From positions 64,001-128,000 of the forward strand of contig CAXXVK010000043.1 of NCBI GenBank assembly GCA_963676915.2: a stretch of 64,000 nt of DNA. The letters are read 5' to 3'. Position numbers and translations under genes: made by a program. The stretch's first letter is position 1. Each line of letters opens with the position of its first letter. Below are positions 41,922 through 51,128 of the stretch, piece after piece. Source of the DNA: Myxococcota bacterium. Its GTDB lineage: Bacteria; Myxococcota_A; SURF-8; G963663525. The notes beneath the pieces are model-generated. The model searched no databases. It was not told where the DNA came from and worked only from the letters and a program-made list of their open reading frames with translations.

Positions 41922-41948
41922 AAAAAAACCCCGCCGTCGGGCGGGGTT
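41922..41948 (-). terminator. Rho-independent terminator of the SCP2 gene
   Basis: AACCCCGCC/GGCGGGGTT stem with a T-tract on the minus strand. Confidence 0.85.
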
Positions 41949-41968
41949 GAACCATCGGAATCCTTGAA

Positions 41969-42295
41969 TTATTTCAGGATTTCCATCAGCTTCAGGGACA
42001 GGGGCAGGTTGCCCTGAACTTTCAGCTTCTGGGTTGCGTACAGGGTCATCGGGTTGGCGGTTTTGTCCATCATCGAAACGAAATCCGCTTCGGCCATGAT
42101 GATCGTGCAGTCAGCGTTGTCGACTTCACCGTCTTTGATGGAGCCGGGGGCGGCGGTCAGGTCCACGACCCATTTGCCACCATTGTCGCCACTGATGTCG
42201 AACTGGTACACGGCGTTGATGTTGCCGGCCAACTCGGGCTTGTTGTTCAGGTTTTCTTGAATTTTGTCAATCCAAAATTGGGCGCTCTCTGCCAT
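41969..42295 (-). CDS. SCP2 sterol/lipid-binding domain protein
   Basis: 'AVYQFDISGDNGGKWVVD..ADCTI..DF..NPM..KLKVQGNL.L..KL'; GGAGG RBS. Confidence 0.92.
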   Translation of the reverse strand: MAESAQFWIDKIQENLNNKPELAGNINAVYQFDISGDNGGKWVVDLTAAPGSIKDGEVDNADCTIIMAEADFVSMMDKTANPMTLYATQKLKVQGNLPLSLKLMEILK

Positions 42296-42330
42296 GATAG
42301 CCTCCTTGAGGGATGAATATTGGGAACGAG

Positions 42331-42387
42331 TGAATGAGTCGTCATTCATACGGCGGAAAATCTAACACCCTCGACGCACAGTGTCAA
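42331..42387 (-). promoter_or_regulatory. sigma70 promoter with downstream FadR/YsiA-type (TetR) operator
   Basis: TTGACA-17 nt-TAGATT (42387-42359); perfect TGAATGA-N4-TCATTCA at 42331-42348. Confidence 0.7.
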
Positions 42388-42528
42388 GGGCAAAAAATCG
42401 TGAAAAGAAGGAGAGTTCGAGAGCTTTTACTCTGCGCCAGGTTCTCGATAAATCCTTCGGGATAATAATTCATCGTCAGAGGAAAAAACGCTTTCTTTGG
42501 ATGAATTTTGACAGGAAACGGTCAGGTT

Positions 42529-44079
42529 TTACATAGACTTTTCCTGAATCAATTTTTCCACGCCGAAAATCACACCTTCCGTATCGTAATAGACCACCTT
42601 CCAGCCGGGATGTTCCAACATATGGTTCCAACGTTCAGGAGGCATGGAACGTCTGGCTTGGTTGTAACGATAGACGAGATATTGGCCGTTTAGAGTTTCC
42701 CTCAGGGTTTTCGATGGATTGGGATCGTTGCCCATGATCAGCTTGAGATAGGCGCTGAAGCGTTTTGGGTCGTGGTACAGAAACAGGTTCGGGTCCAGGC
42801 CCGTGGCGTAAAAATTGTGTTGGTTGTTGTAGAACAGAAACGGAAAATCTCCCCAGTCCGAATTGACGACGAGGCTGTTTTCCTCGCTGTGGGTTTCCAG
42901 CCAGTGGGCTGCCAGTTGCAGACGTTGGTTGTCGAATCCTTCGGCTTTTTGTTTCGGCAGCCAAGAGGCGAAGTGAACCACTTGAATTCCGCAAAAGACT
43001 ACAAGTGCACCTGCCAGAACACCATAGATTTGGAGGCGGTTTTGGGGCTGTTTTTCGACGAGATGGGTCAGCAGATCACGGAGTATCAGCGCAGAGCCGA
43101 ATACCAGCAGAAAAGGATAGTACTCCAAAAAACGCCAACTATGGCATGTCGCGGCGAACATGACGACACCAATGGTCATCATCGCCAGGGTTTCGATTTT
43201 CAGATCATTTCTAATGCGAAAAACAGCAAGGATTCCCGCAAGATATATGCCGTGAAAGATCCATAGATGGTGTAGGAGTTCCACAGGATCGGTCGATTTC
43301 CACTCTCCACCCACTTTCAGATCGACCGGATTGCCGACCTTGAACAGCGTGTGGGTCAATAGGAATTCCAGACTCTGAGGAGTAAAGGGATTGATTACGA
43401 ATCCCGCCAGTACCGCCAGTCCGCAGAACACCAAAGGGCGAGTGTCGAAGCGTCGATGTTTGATTCCTATCGCCAGCGTAAAGGCCGCGCCGACAAGGAT
43501 GTTGATCAAGGCCAGTTGATAGGCCCAGGAGAAGAAAAACGATAGTATTGCCGCAGTCTTATAACGTTTCGATGCTAGGGCGAGAACGGTCAGTGTCACG
43601 AAAATCAAGGTCACGGATTGTGCGCGAGGAAGGAGCAGTCGGGCGGCGAAGACCTCCGAAGCGACCAGCGCTGTCGCCAGCCACAATCCGGCGAAACGGA
43701 CCTTCAACGCCAGGAAAGTGAATCCCAAACACGCCAGAGCTGCCAGTCCGAGGACCAAAGCTCCAAGGTTCGCGCCGAACATCAACTCGTCTCCGGGAGA
43801 CAGCCAGGCAAAGGGAATCAGCAAAAGGTGGAATAAGAAATGATGATCGGTGAATTTTTGCGCAAAATCGGTATGAAACAACCAGGGAAACTGATGAGAA
43901 AACCATCCGTGACCGACCATGTCCGCCAATCGGATGTGATACAGACCATCCACACCGAATAGTTTCATTTCGCAAAACTGTACAGAGCCAAGCCAGGCCG
44001 TCATCAGCAACAGCACGATCAGCACGCCGATTCGTTCGAAAGATTCAAGGCGGCTGTGAGGGTTGGCTGTCGAGTTCAT
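42529..44079 (-). CDS. Polytopic membrane protein, probable GT-C-fold glycosyltransferase
   Basis: Many hydrophobic helices, early loop 'DGLYH..DHHFLFH', C-terminal soluble domain 'AAHWL..V.NSDW.DFP'; operonic with a GT2. Confidence 0.6.
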   Translation of the reverse strand: MNSTANPHSRLESFERIGVLIVLLLMTAWLGSVQFCEMKLFGVDGLYHIRLADMVGHGWFSHQFPWLFHTDFAQKFTDHHFLFHLLLIPFAWLSPGDELMFGANLGALVLGLAALACLGFTFLALKVRFAGLWLATALVASEVFAARLLLPRAQSVTLIFVTLTVLALASKRYKTAAILSFFFSWAYQLALINILVGAAFTLAIGIKHRRFDTRPLVFCGLAVLAGFVINPFTPQSLEFLLTHTLFKVGNPVDLKVGGEWKSTDPVELLHHLWIFHGIYLAGILAVFRIRNDLKIETLAMMTIGVVMFAATCHSWRFLEYYPFLLVFGSALILRDLLTHLVEKQPQNRLQIYGVLAGALVVFCGIQVVHFASWLPKQKAEGFDNQRLQLAAHWLETHSEENSLVVNSDWGDFPFLFYNNQHNFYATGLDPNLFLYHDPKRFSAYLKLIMGNDPNPSKTLRETLNGQYLVYRYNQARRSMPPERWNHMLEHPGWKVVYYDTEGVIFGVEKLIQEKSM

Positions 44080-44083
44080 CGTA

Positions 44084-45004
44084 TCAAATCCGTTTTTTGC
44101 CGAAAACGGGAAGGAGCCGTAAAGGAGAAAGAGGCGTTCGTTTCAAATAACGCAGCATTTTCAGCGCGTCCCATTTGGATTTCAGCAGGACTTTCGCTTT
44201 TCCCTGCGAAGCATATTTGGCGAATTGGTGCATGTTGTAGGCAACATGCAGAGCGCCGAAAGGGGAGCACCAGAGCACGAGTGGTACATTTTTGAGCGCC
44301 GCCAGCTCCATGTTGCGTTGAATCAAGTACAGCACACGATCCGGCATCTTTTTCTGATTGGGCGAGCGTCTGTGATAGACCACGGCGGACGGCAGGTACA
44401 GCGTCCGGTATCCTTGCCCATAGGCGCGCAGGGAAAAGTCCACATCCTCATTGTTGAAATAGAACGCTTCGTCGAACAAGCCGATGCTCTCGAAAACCTC
44501 TCGTCGAAGCAGCATAGCTCCGCCCGTTGCCCCAAAAACCTCGAACGGCTGTTCTCCCGGATCGACGGGTTCGCCGATGCCGATCATCGTGGCTCGCAGC
44601 GATCCGTGAAAACGCATTCCTTTGCAATCGACGAAACGGCGGTCATCGTAACGTACCATCTGGCAGGAGAAAAGATCGTACTCGGGGTAACGTTTCGTTG
44701 CCTCGTCGAGTTCTGCAAGCAGGTCGGGATGAAATTCCGTGTCGGTATTGACCACGAACAGCCACTCGCCTTTGGCATGGCTTGCGGCGAGATTGTTGGT
44801 TTTGGCGAAGCCTCTGTGTCGTTCCAGTGCGAAAAGGCGCACGAATGGATAGTCCTCTCGGATCATCTCGGCGGTGCCATCTTTGGAACCGTCATCCACG
44901 AGAAGCACTTCGTAATCCGTAAAGGCCTGTTTTTTGATGGATTCCAGGCACTCTCGGGCAAATTCCCTTTCGTTCCAGGCGGCAAGCAGAATGGAAAAAC
45001 GCAT
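44084..45004 (-). CDS. Glycosyltransferase family 2
   Basis: 'VDDGSKDGT', 'GFAKTNN', 'NTD', 'GLFDEAFYFNNEDVDFSLR'. Confidence 0.93.
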   Translation of the reverse strand: MRFSILLAAWNEREFARECLESIKKQAFTDYEVLLVDDGSKDGTAEMIREDYPFVRLFALERHRGFAKTNNLAASHAKGEWLFVVNTDTEFHPDLLAELDEATKRYPEYDLFSCQMVRYDDRRFVDCKGMRFHGSLRATMIGIGEPVDPGEQPFEVFGATGGAMLLRREVFESIGLFDEAFYFNNEDVDFSLRAYGQGYRTLYLPSAVVYHRRSPNQKKMPDRVLYLIQRNMELAALKNVPLVLWCSPFGALHVAYNMHQFAKYASQGKAKVLLKSKWDALKMLRYLKRTPLSPLRLLPVFGKKRI

Positions 45005-45066
45005 ACCGATACGTCCTCAAATGGCAGGAGGAATGAACATAAATGCGGGCGAGCGCACGTATTTTC

Positions 45067-46080
45067 TCAGAACATGCGCTCCGTCCAGGTTTTCGGGGTT
45101 TTCTCGTTGATGATTTCGATGTCCAGGTGATATTTGAACGGCCGCGTTCCCCGGTCGCGGATGTAGTCGATCATTTCCTGAAGTCCCTTGCGTAGCGTGT
45201 ATTTCGTTCCGTAACCTAGCAGTTTACGGGCTTTATTGGACGAACAGTTGGCGAGGAAAACCTCTTGCGGGCGGTCGGGCATGTATTTCGGTTCCAGTTT
45301 GAAGTCCAGTAAATCCGCAATGGTTTCGGCCAGTTCGTTGATGGTAACGAACTCCTCGTCCGGTCCGATGTTGATGGTTTCACCCACCACGTTTTCGTTC
45401 CAAGCCAGCGCGTTCAGGCAGTCCACTACGTCACCGATGAAGCTGAAGCAACGTTTCTGTGTGCCGTCGCCGTAAATGATCGGCTGGCGTCCTTGCAGCA
45501 TCAGATTGATCATGATTGCCGCCACGTTGCGGTAGGGATCGTCGTATTTTTGGTTGGGACCGATGATATTGTGCGGTACGGCGTTGACCCACTCGACCCC
45601 GTGGACTTCACAGAGGTTTTTCAGCAGGTTTTCCACGCAAACCTTGCCGATACCATAAGGATCTTGGGGTTTTGGCGTCAAATCCTCGTGGAAAGGAACA
45701 TCGTTCTCCCCATAGCGTGCCATGCTGGAGCAGTTGACGATACGTTTTACTTTGTTGACTACGCCTGCCGTGATGACGCCGGATGACGCTCCGACGATAT
45801 TCTGCGTCACGACGAAGGGGCTGAAGACGGACAATCCTTCGTAGGCAGTTGCCGCCGTGTGGAAGATGATGTCCACGCCCCGAGTGATTTTGATCATCGA
45901 ATTCAAGTAGTTGCAGTCGTATTGGTAAAATTCGACTTCGGCGGGCACATTGTCGAGATACCCGCCGATGAGGTTGTCACATCCCACCACATGATGTCCT
46001 TGGGCGATGAAATGTTTCGCCAGGTGGCTACCCATGAAACCGGCAACACCGGAAATGAAGATTTTTTTGCGTTCGCTCAT
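45067..46080 (-). CDS. NAD-dependent epimerase/dehydratase (extended SDR)
   Basis: 'GVAGFMG', 'SSMARYG', YxxxK 'YGIGK', 'YGDGTQKR.F'. Confidence 0.92.
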   Translation of the reverse strand: MSERKKIFISGVAGFMGSHLAKHFIAQGHHVVGCDNLIGGYLDNVPAEVEFYQYDCNYLNSMIKITRGVDIIFHTAATAYEGLSVFSPFVVTQNIVGASSGVITAGVVNKVKRIVNCSSMARYGENDVPFHEDLTPKPQDPYGIGKVCVENLLKNLCEVHGVEWVNAVPHNIIGPNQKYDDPYRNVAAIMINLMLQGRQPIIYGDGTQKRCFSFIGDVVDCLNALAWNENVVGETINIGPDEEFVTINELAETIADLLDFKLEPKYMPDRPQEVFLANCSSNKARKLLGYGTKYTLRKGLQEMIDYIRDRGTRPFKYHLDIEIINEKTPKTWTERMF

Positions 46081-46835
46081 GATACCTGCTTTTTCCTGCG
46101 TGGCGTGGCATGGAAAGCCATACGAACCACCGGTGGATGTCGTTTTCCGATGCAAAAAGGTGAAAACGGCGGAAAATGTGCAACAAACACTGAAAGTTTA
46201 GCCTGTTCGCGGACCTAGCGTCAAGAATTGGTCGGTTCGTTTGGGGGTTCTATGCATTTTTCACGAGGAAAAGCCTTGTCAATCCGTTTGGGGATCGTTA
46301 CAATTTTTTTTAAGAGAAAGTTTCGGCCAGCCAAAAGGTTGATGACCTGCCGAAATGGATTCCAGGTCGACGTGAAGTAGATCTGGATGGGAGGACCGTG
46401 ACATGTTGAATCGGGGGGATCGCTCGGACAGGGGTGAGATTTTCTGTTGGTACGGAAAACTTATCATCTCTGCTGAAGTTTTGGAAATTGCAGGATTTTT
46501 TCGATCGGCGATTTCCGAAACTGTTGTCACGGCGTTTTCTTGTCCAGATGACGAATTTTACGTCGATACTTCTTCACAAGCCATTGCGAAGAAGATGTTT
46601 TTTGTTCCCCGGATTTGCGAGTGAAAATGTCTTATGATTTACGGTTGCGAAGGAAAGAAAAGAAAGCTACAATAGTATATTAAAAATCTTGTAGCAATGA
46701 ATCGGAAAAGTCGATTTCGTTTTTGTTACTTAGTTTCGGCGGTTTTCGCCACGCCACGGGGAATGCAGTACACGAGTTACAGGCAGGCTGGTAATGATTG
46801 AACCTGTAGTTAAATCCGGCCCCGGAAAGGTGAAA

Positions 46836-49043
46836 ATGGACAAGCGGCACTCTTTGCATGTCGATGGTATGTGGCCGGATACCTCCCAGAGCCGGACCAA
46901 GGAGGAGCACCGCAAGTACCTGGAGGAATGTACCCTCCTTCTTACGGAGAAATTTCTTTCATTCTATCCCAACCAAAGTATCGAACCGATTCTGAAAGCG
47001 ATTGAATTCGCGGACCGTCATCACCTGGGTCAGTTACGGCAGTCTGGGGCACCGTATATTTTTCATCCGTTGCAGGTATCGTACGAGTGCGCCAAGGCTG
47101 GATTGGACCGAAACTGTGTTGTTGCTGCTTTATTGCACGATACGATCGAAGATACCGACGCCACTCAGCAAACCATTACGGATCTATTTGGTGGCTATCT
47201 CGCCAAAACCGTGCATTCTCTGACCAAAATACGAAAAATTTCCAACAGCGATTATCATCGACAAGAAAGCCTGCTCAAAACCTACGAACGGATTCTGTCC
47301 TATTCCAGCAAAGATATCCGTCCGTTGATCATCAAAATTTTCGACCGCTTGTGCAATATGCGGGAAATGGCGCATATGTCGTCCAGTCACCAGGAACGCA
47401 AGTCCATGGAAACGCTGGATATTTACTCGCCGATCAGTCGTCGCCTCGGAATGCGCAGAGTTTCGGAAGAGATCACCAACCTTTGTTGCAGGTATCTGTT
47501 TCCAGGGGAATTCAAGCAGATCGAGGCTTCCATTGCGGAGCGCAAGCGGTTTTTAGGCTCCAAGGTCGAGACCACGATTCAGTTTATTCTCGACCACCTG
47601 GAGCAGGTTATCGAACAGCCCACCGTCGAGATCGTCTGGCCGACCGTTCAAAAATATTATCAAAACGGTCGGCTTTCTTCTGTCAGCGATCCTCTGCCCA
47701 GTCTCACGATTCTGATTGAGAACGTGATCGATCTCTATACGGCGCTTGGAATGCTGCACAATGTGTACATGCCGGTGCCGGGATCGTTGGTGGATCATGT
47801 TTCGAATCCGATGGCCAATGGATACCGGGCGCTTGAAACACAGATCGTTTTGGAAGGTGAAATCTACGAAGTCTCGCTGATGACACCGGAAATGTGGGAT
47901 GTCAACGAGCTGGGTATCGTTCACAACTGGAAGCACAATCAAAATCGCCTGTCCCGCTTCTATACCCGCTACATGAAGGAACTCGAAGATTTGACCCGTG
48001 AGGGCCATTTGCGGATGGATGAAATCGTCTCTCACTGCAAGGAAGACGAAATCGCCGTGTTTTCCCCGCAAAAAGACCCGTATCTTTTGCCGATGGGAAG
48101 CACGATTCTGGATTTCGCGTATCACGTTCACAGTCGGATCGGAGATCATGCGGTCGGTGGAATGATCGGCGGGGTTCGTTACCCCATCGACCACGAAATC
48201 AAACGTGGCGACGTGATTCAGGTCATTACCGATTCGAACAGTCAACCGAAAAGCCTGTGGCTCGATATCGTCCAGTCACCCAAGGCTACCCGTTTGATTC
48301 GGGCATCGTTGACGAGAATGCGCAAGCACCGTGCCAAAGAACTGGGTCGCAAGATGTTTTCGTCTGAAATCGCCAAGTTCGGCTTGGACCCGCAGGTGAT
48401 TATCAATAGTCAGACCTTTAGGGATATGTTGGAGCGAGAACAACTGAACGAGGAAGAGCTGTTCGGGCGGATCGGTTTTCGTGAAATCGGGTTGCATCAA
48501 TTGATTGAAGATTATCATCTTGCACCCAAAGAAAAGCTTACCCGCCAACGATTGATCGACATGCAATCGATTCGTGAAAAAATCTATTCCAATCTGAAAT
48601 CCAGTCCGCGAGAAAATTTCAGGATCGAAGATCCCGAAGATATTTTCATAACATACGCAACCTGTTGCAATCCCATTCCCGGTGATGCGGTGGTCGGCGT
48701 GATTCGTCCTGACAAAGGGGTGATTCTCCACCGGTCGAACTGCCGCAACCTCAATGGTGTGCCGAATCAGGAAAAACTCAATGTTTCCTGGGACATCAGC
48801 CAGCGAATCCACGGGGCGCTGCTTAATATTCATGTAACCAACACCAAGGGCATTCTGGCTCAGATTCTCGCCATCGTGGGAGAATCCGGGATGAATATCT
48901 CGAAACTCAATGCCAACGCAGAACAAAACGCGGGTTTTCTCAGTTTTGTGGTGGATGTTGCGTTTTTGTCCAAGCTGTTGCGCATCGTTAACAAAATTCG
49001 CAAGCTTGACGGCGTGGTTTCGGTAACGGCCACGCCGCAGTAG
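46836..49043 (+). CDS. Long RelA/SpoT homolog (HD-SYNTH-TGS-ZFD-ACT); synthetase motifs degenerate
   Basis: 'RQSGAPYIFHP', 'LLHDTIEDT', 'KIFDRLCN', TGS 'LPMGSTILDFAYHVHS.IG', 'CCNPIPGD..HRSNC', ACT domain. Confidence 0.9.
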   Translation: MDKRHSLHVDGMWPDTSQSRTKEEHRKYLEECTLLLTEKFLSFYPNQSIEPILKAIEFADRHHLGQLRQSGAPYIFHPLQVSYECAKAGLDRNCVVAALLHDTIEDTDATQQTITDLFGGYLAKTVHSLTKIRKISNSDYHRQESLLKTYERILSYSSKDIRPLIIKIFDRLCNMREMAHMSSSHQERKSMETLDIYSPISRRLGMRRVSEEITNLCCRYLFPGEFKQIEASIAERKRFLGSKVETTIQFILDHLEQVIEQPTVEIVWPTVQKYYQNGRLSSVSDPLPSLTILIENVIDLYTALGMLHNVYMPVPGSLVDHVSNPMANGYRALETQIVLEGEIYEVSLMTPEMWDVNELGIVHNWKHNQNRLSRFYTRYMKELEDLTREGHLRMDEIVSHCKEDEIAVFSPQKDPYLLPMGSTILDFAYHVHSRIGDHAVGGMIGGVRYPIDHEIKRGDVIQVITDSNSQPKSLWLDIVQSPKATRLIRASLTRMRKHRAKELGRKMFSSEIAKFGLDPQVIINSQTFRDMLEREQLNEEELFGRIGFREIGLHQLIEDYHLAPKEKLTRQRLIDMQSIREKIYSNLKSSPRENFRIEDPEDIFITYATCCNPIPGDAVVGVIRPDKGVILHRSNCRNLNGVPNQEKLNVSWDISQRIHGALLNIHVTNTKGILAQILAIVGESGMNISKLNANAEQNAGFLSFVVDVAFLSKLLRIVNKIRKLDGVVSVTATPQ

Positions 49044-49047
49044 TTTT

Positions 49048-50709
49048 TTAGTGTTTTTTCCTGTTTTTACGGGAATGCAGCGGCAGAAGGCGGCCTTTTT
49101 CGGCTGTTTTTTGTAGATACTTTGTGAATTCAAGCAACCCGTCACCTGTTTTCGCCGAAAGATAGAATCCTTCCTCCTCGGCCATCAGCAACGGCCAGTC
49201 TTCCGTATCCAGCAGATCCACTTTGTTGTATAGCAGCAGTTTGGGGATATCCGACAAGCCCAGGCTGTCGAGAATCTCGGATACCGAGCGAACCTGACTG
49301 TTTCTGTCGGGCGAAGAGGCGTCCACGACGTGCAGCAGGAAATCGGCGTCGTGCAATTCTTCCAACGTGGCTCGAAAAGCCGTTTTCAACTCGTCGGGCA
49401 GATCGCGGATGAATCCCACGGTGTCGGTCAGCACGATTTCGCGTTCCTGGGGGAAACGAAGGCGTCGGCTGGAAGGATCGAGCGTGGCAAAATACTTGTT
49501 TTCGACGAAAACCGACGAGGCGGTCAACCGGTTGAGCAGGGTGGACTTGCCGACGTTAGTATATCCAACAAGAGCGGCCGTGGGGACGTTGCGCCGTTCT
49601 CTTCTCGCACGTTTGCGCTCCCGGCGCTGTGCCAGCAACTCGATTTCTTTTTCCAGGCGAGAGATGCGTTCCCGAACGCGGCGACGGTCGATTTCGAGTT
49701 TCTGTTCACCCGGTCCACGACCTCCGATACCACCCATCAGACGGGAAAGAGCCTTTCCATTGCGTCCCAGGCGGGGAAGCCGGTATTTCAACTGTGCCAG
49801 TTCGACTTGTAATTTTCCGTCGCGGGTCTGGGCATGGCGAGCGAAGACATCCAAAATCAGTTGGCTGCGGTCGATGACTTTGATGTCGCTGAATTCTCCG
49901 ATGGCACGGATTTGGGCCGGACCGAGCGTGGTTTCGAAAATCAACAGGTCCGCTTGATTCTGCATGGCGGTAAGCACGACCTGTTCGAGTTTTCCACGTC
50001 CAATGACGGTTTTCGGATCGAGTTTGGCCCTTTTTTGCCAAATGGTGTCGATGACTTCCACATCGGCGGCACGAGCCAACTCTTCCATCTCGGCCATTCG
50101 ATGCTCGATTTCACGGTTGGGTAGCGATCCCGCACCGATGAGCACCGCACGTTCCCGCTCGACAATGCCTTGCTTCGTTTTCGGCAAGGTGCGGCGGAAT
50201 TCTTCCTCCAATGCTTCGATCAGGGCGAGAAAATCTACCTGGAGCGCTTGAAAACGTTTTTCCGGGAAAACCTGAAAAATCTCCCCCTGGGGATTTTTCG
50301 GGATCAGGTGTGCCAGGTGGATCATCGAGGGTAGACCGCTGTTGTCCATCGTCAATGCCGCGACGCAATCCAGACGTAACAGGGCGAGGTCGGTAAGGTC
50401 GTCCTGGGTCAGGGGTTCTCCGGATAGATGCGTATGAACGAGCCGCAGGCCGCGAAAGCGACCGCGTCCGGCACGGTGTCGTCCAAGGTCGGGAAGATCC
50501 AGTTTGGAGGCGGTACCGACAATGACTTGATCGACATGACCCTTGCGGTCGATCAATAACCCGATCTGGCGTGATATATCGCTGGAAAGCTCGCATAGCG
50601 CTCGGGCAAGGTCGGGACCGATGAGTTCCGCCGGATTGCAGCGACGACGCTTGAGACGCTCGATTTGTTTGATTTGACTGGGTTTCAGCCCGCTGAGATG
50701 ACCGTGCAT
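49048..50709 (-). CDS. hflX: Ribosome-splitting GTPase HflX (long N-terminal form)
   Basis: 'IDRSQLILDVF', 'QVELAQL.Y.LPRL', 'GRGPGEQKLE.DRR', 'GYTNVGKST', 'FATLD', 'DTVGFI', 'NKVD'. Confidence 0.96.
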   Translation of the reverse strand: MHGHLSGLKPSQIKQIERLKRRRCNPAELIGPDLARALCELSSDISRQIGLLIDRKGHVDQVIVGTASKLDLPDLGRHRAGRGRFRGLRLVHTHLSGEPLTQDDLTDLALLRLDCVAALTMDNSGLPSMIHLAHLIPKNPQGEIFQVFPEKRFQALQVDFLALIEALEEEFRRTLPKTKQGIVERERAVLIGAGSLPNREIEHRMAEMEELARAADVEVIDTIWQKRAKLDPKTVIGRGKLEQVVLTAMQNQADLLIFETTLGPAQIRAIGEFSDIKVIDRSQLILDVFARHAQTRDGKLQVELAQLKYRLPRLGRNGKALSRLMGGIGGRGPGEQKLEIDRRRVRERISRLEKEIELLAQRRERKRARRERRNVPTAALVGYTNVGKSTLLNRLTASSVFVENKYFATLDPSSRRLRFPQEREIVLTDTVGFIRDLPDELKTAFRATLEELHDADFLLHVVDASSPDRNSQVRSVSEILDSLGLSDIPKLLLYNKVDLLDTEDWPLLMAEEEGFYLSAKTGDGLLEFTKYLQKTAEKGRLLPLHSRKNRKKH

Positions 50710-50800
50710 ACGTGTGCCGTTCCTGATGCAAAGCTATATTACGAATTCAAAATCACATGATCGGTCAAGCAAGTCAAGGTTATCTCAACAGGCTTGGAAA

Positions 50801-51002
50801 GGGTGCATCACAAAATAGTGCGACTTTCGTAAAATCCTCTTTTTTCGTAGCGGCGAGGCGTAAGCCCGCCGTTTTTACCTTTTGAAAGTTGCTTTTATGC
50901 CCCCAATCTCCCTTTTCGGCGGGCTTACGCCTCGCCGCTACAACCAAATGAATGAATGCTTCAATATTATTGGGCCTATTCGCACCATTTTGTGATGCAC
51001 CC
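50801..51002. mobile_element. 202-bp MITE with 23-bp terminal inverted repeats and 10-bp target-site duplication
   Basis: TIRs GGGTGCATCACAAAATAGTGCGA (50801-50823) and TCGCACCATTTTGTGATGCACCC (50980-51002), 1 mismatch. Flanked by direct repeat GGCTTGGAAA (50791-50800, 51003-51012). Confidence 0.9.
50847..50941. repeat. REPIN-like inverted doublet of 25-bp GTAG REPs inside the MITE
   Basis: GTAGCGGCGAGGCGTAAGCCCGCCG (50847-50871) and its exact reverse complement (50917-50941), 45-bp spacer. Confidence 0.85.
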
Positions 51003-51070
51003 GGCTTGGAAAAGGAATCATTGATGTGGAAATTGTCGAATTCCGTGTGGTTTGTTGACAAGCTGGAGCT

Positions 51071-51102
51071 AAAACAGCCGAGCGGCGGACCGCTCGGCTG
51101 TT
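51071..51102 (-). terminator. Terminator of the 51129-54269 gene
   Basis: AACAGCCGAGCGG/CCGCTCGGCTGTT 13-bp stem. Confidence 0.75.
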
Positions 51103-51128
51103 GAAATCGGTTGTTGTTTCGTATCACG

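Noticed and set aside
46081-46835. Small ORFs or ncRNA in the long divergent intergenic region
   Set aside because: No RBS-supported ORF, recognisable RNA motif or tRNA structure seen.
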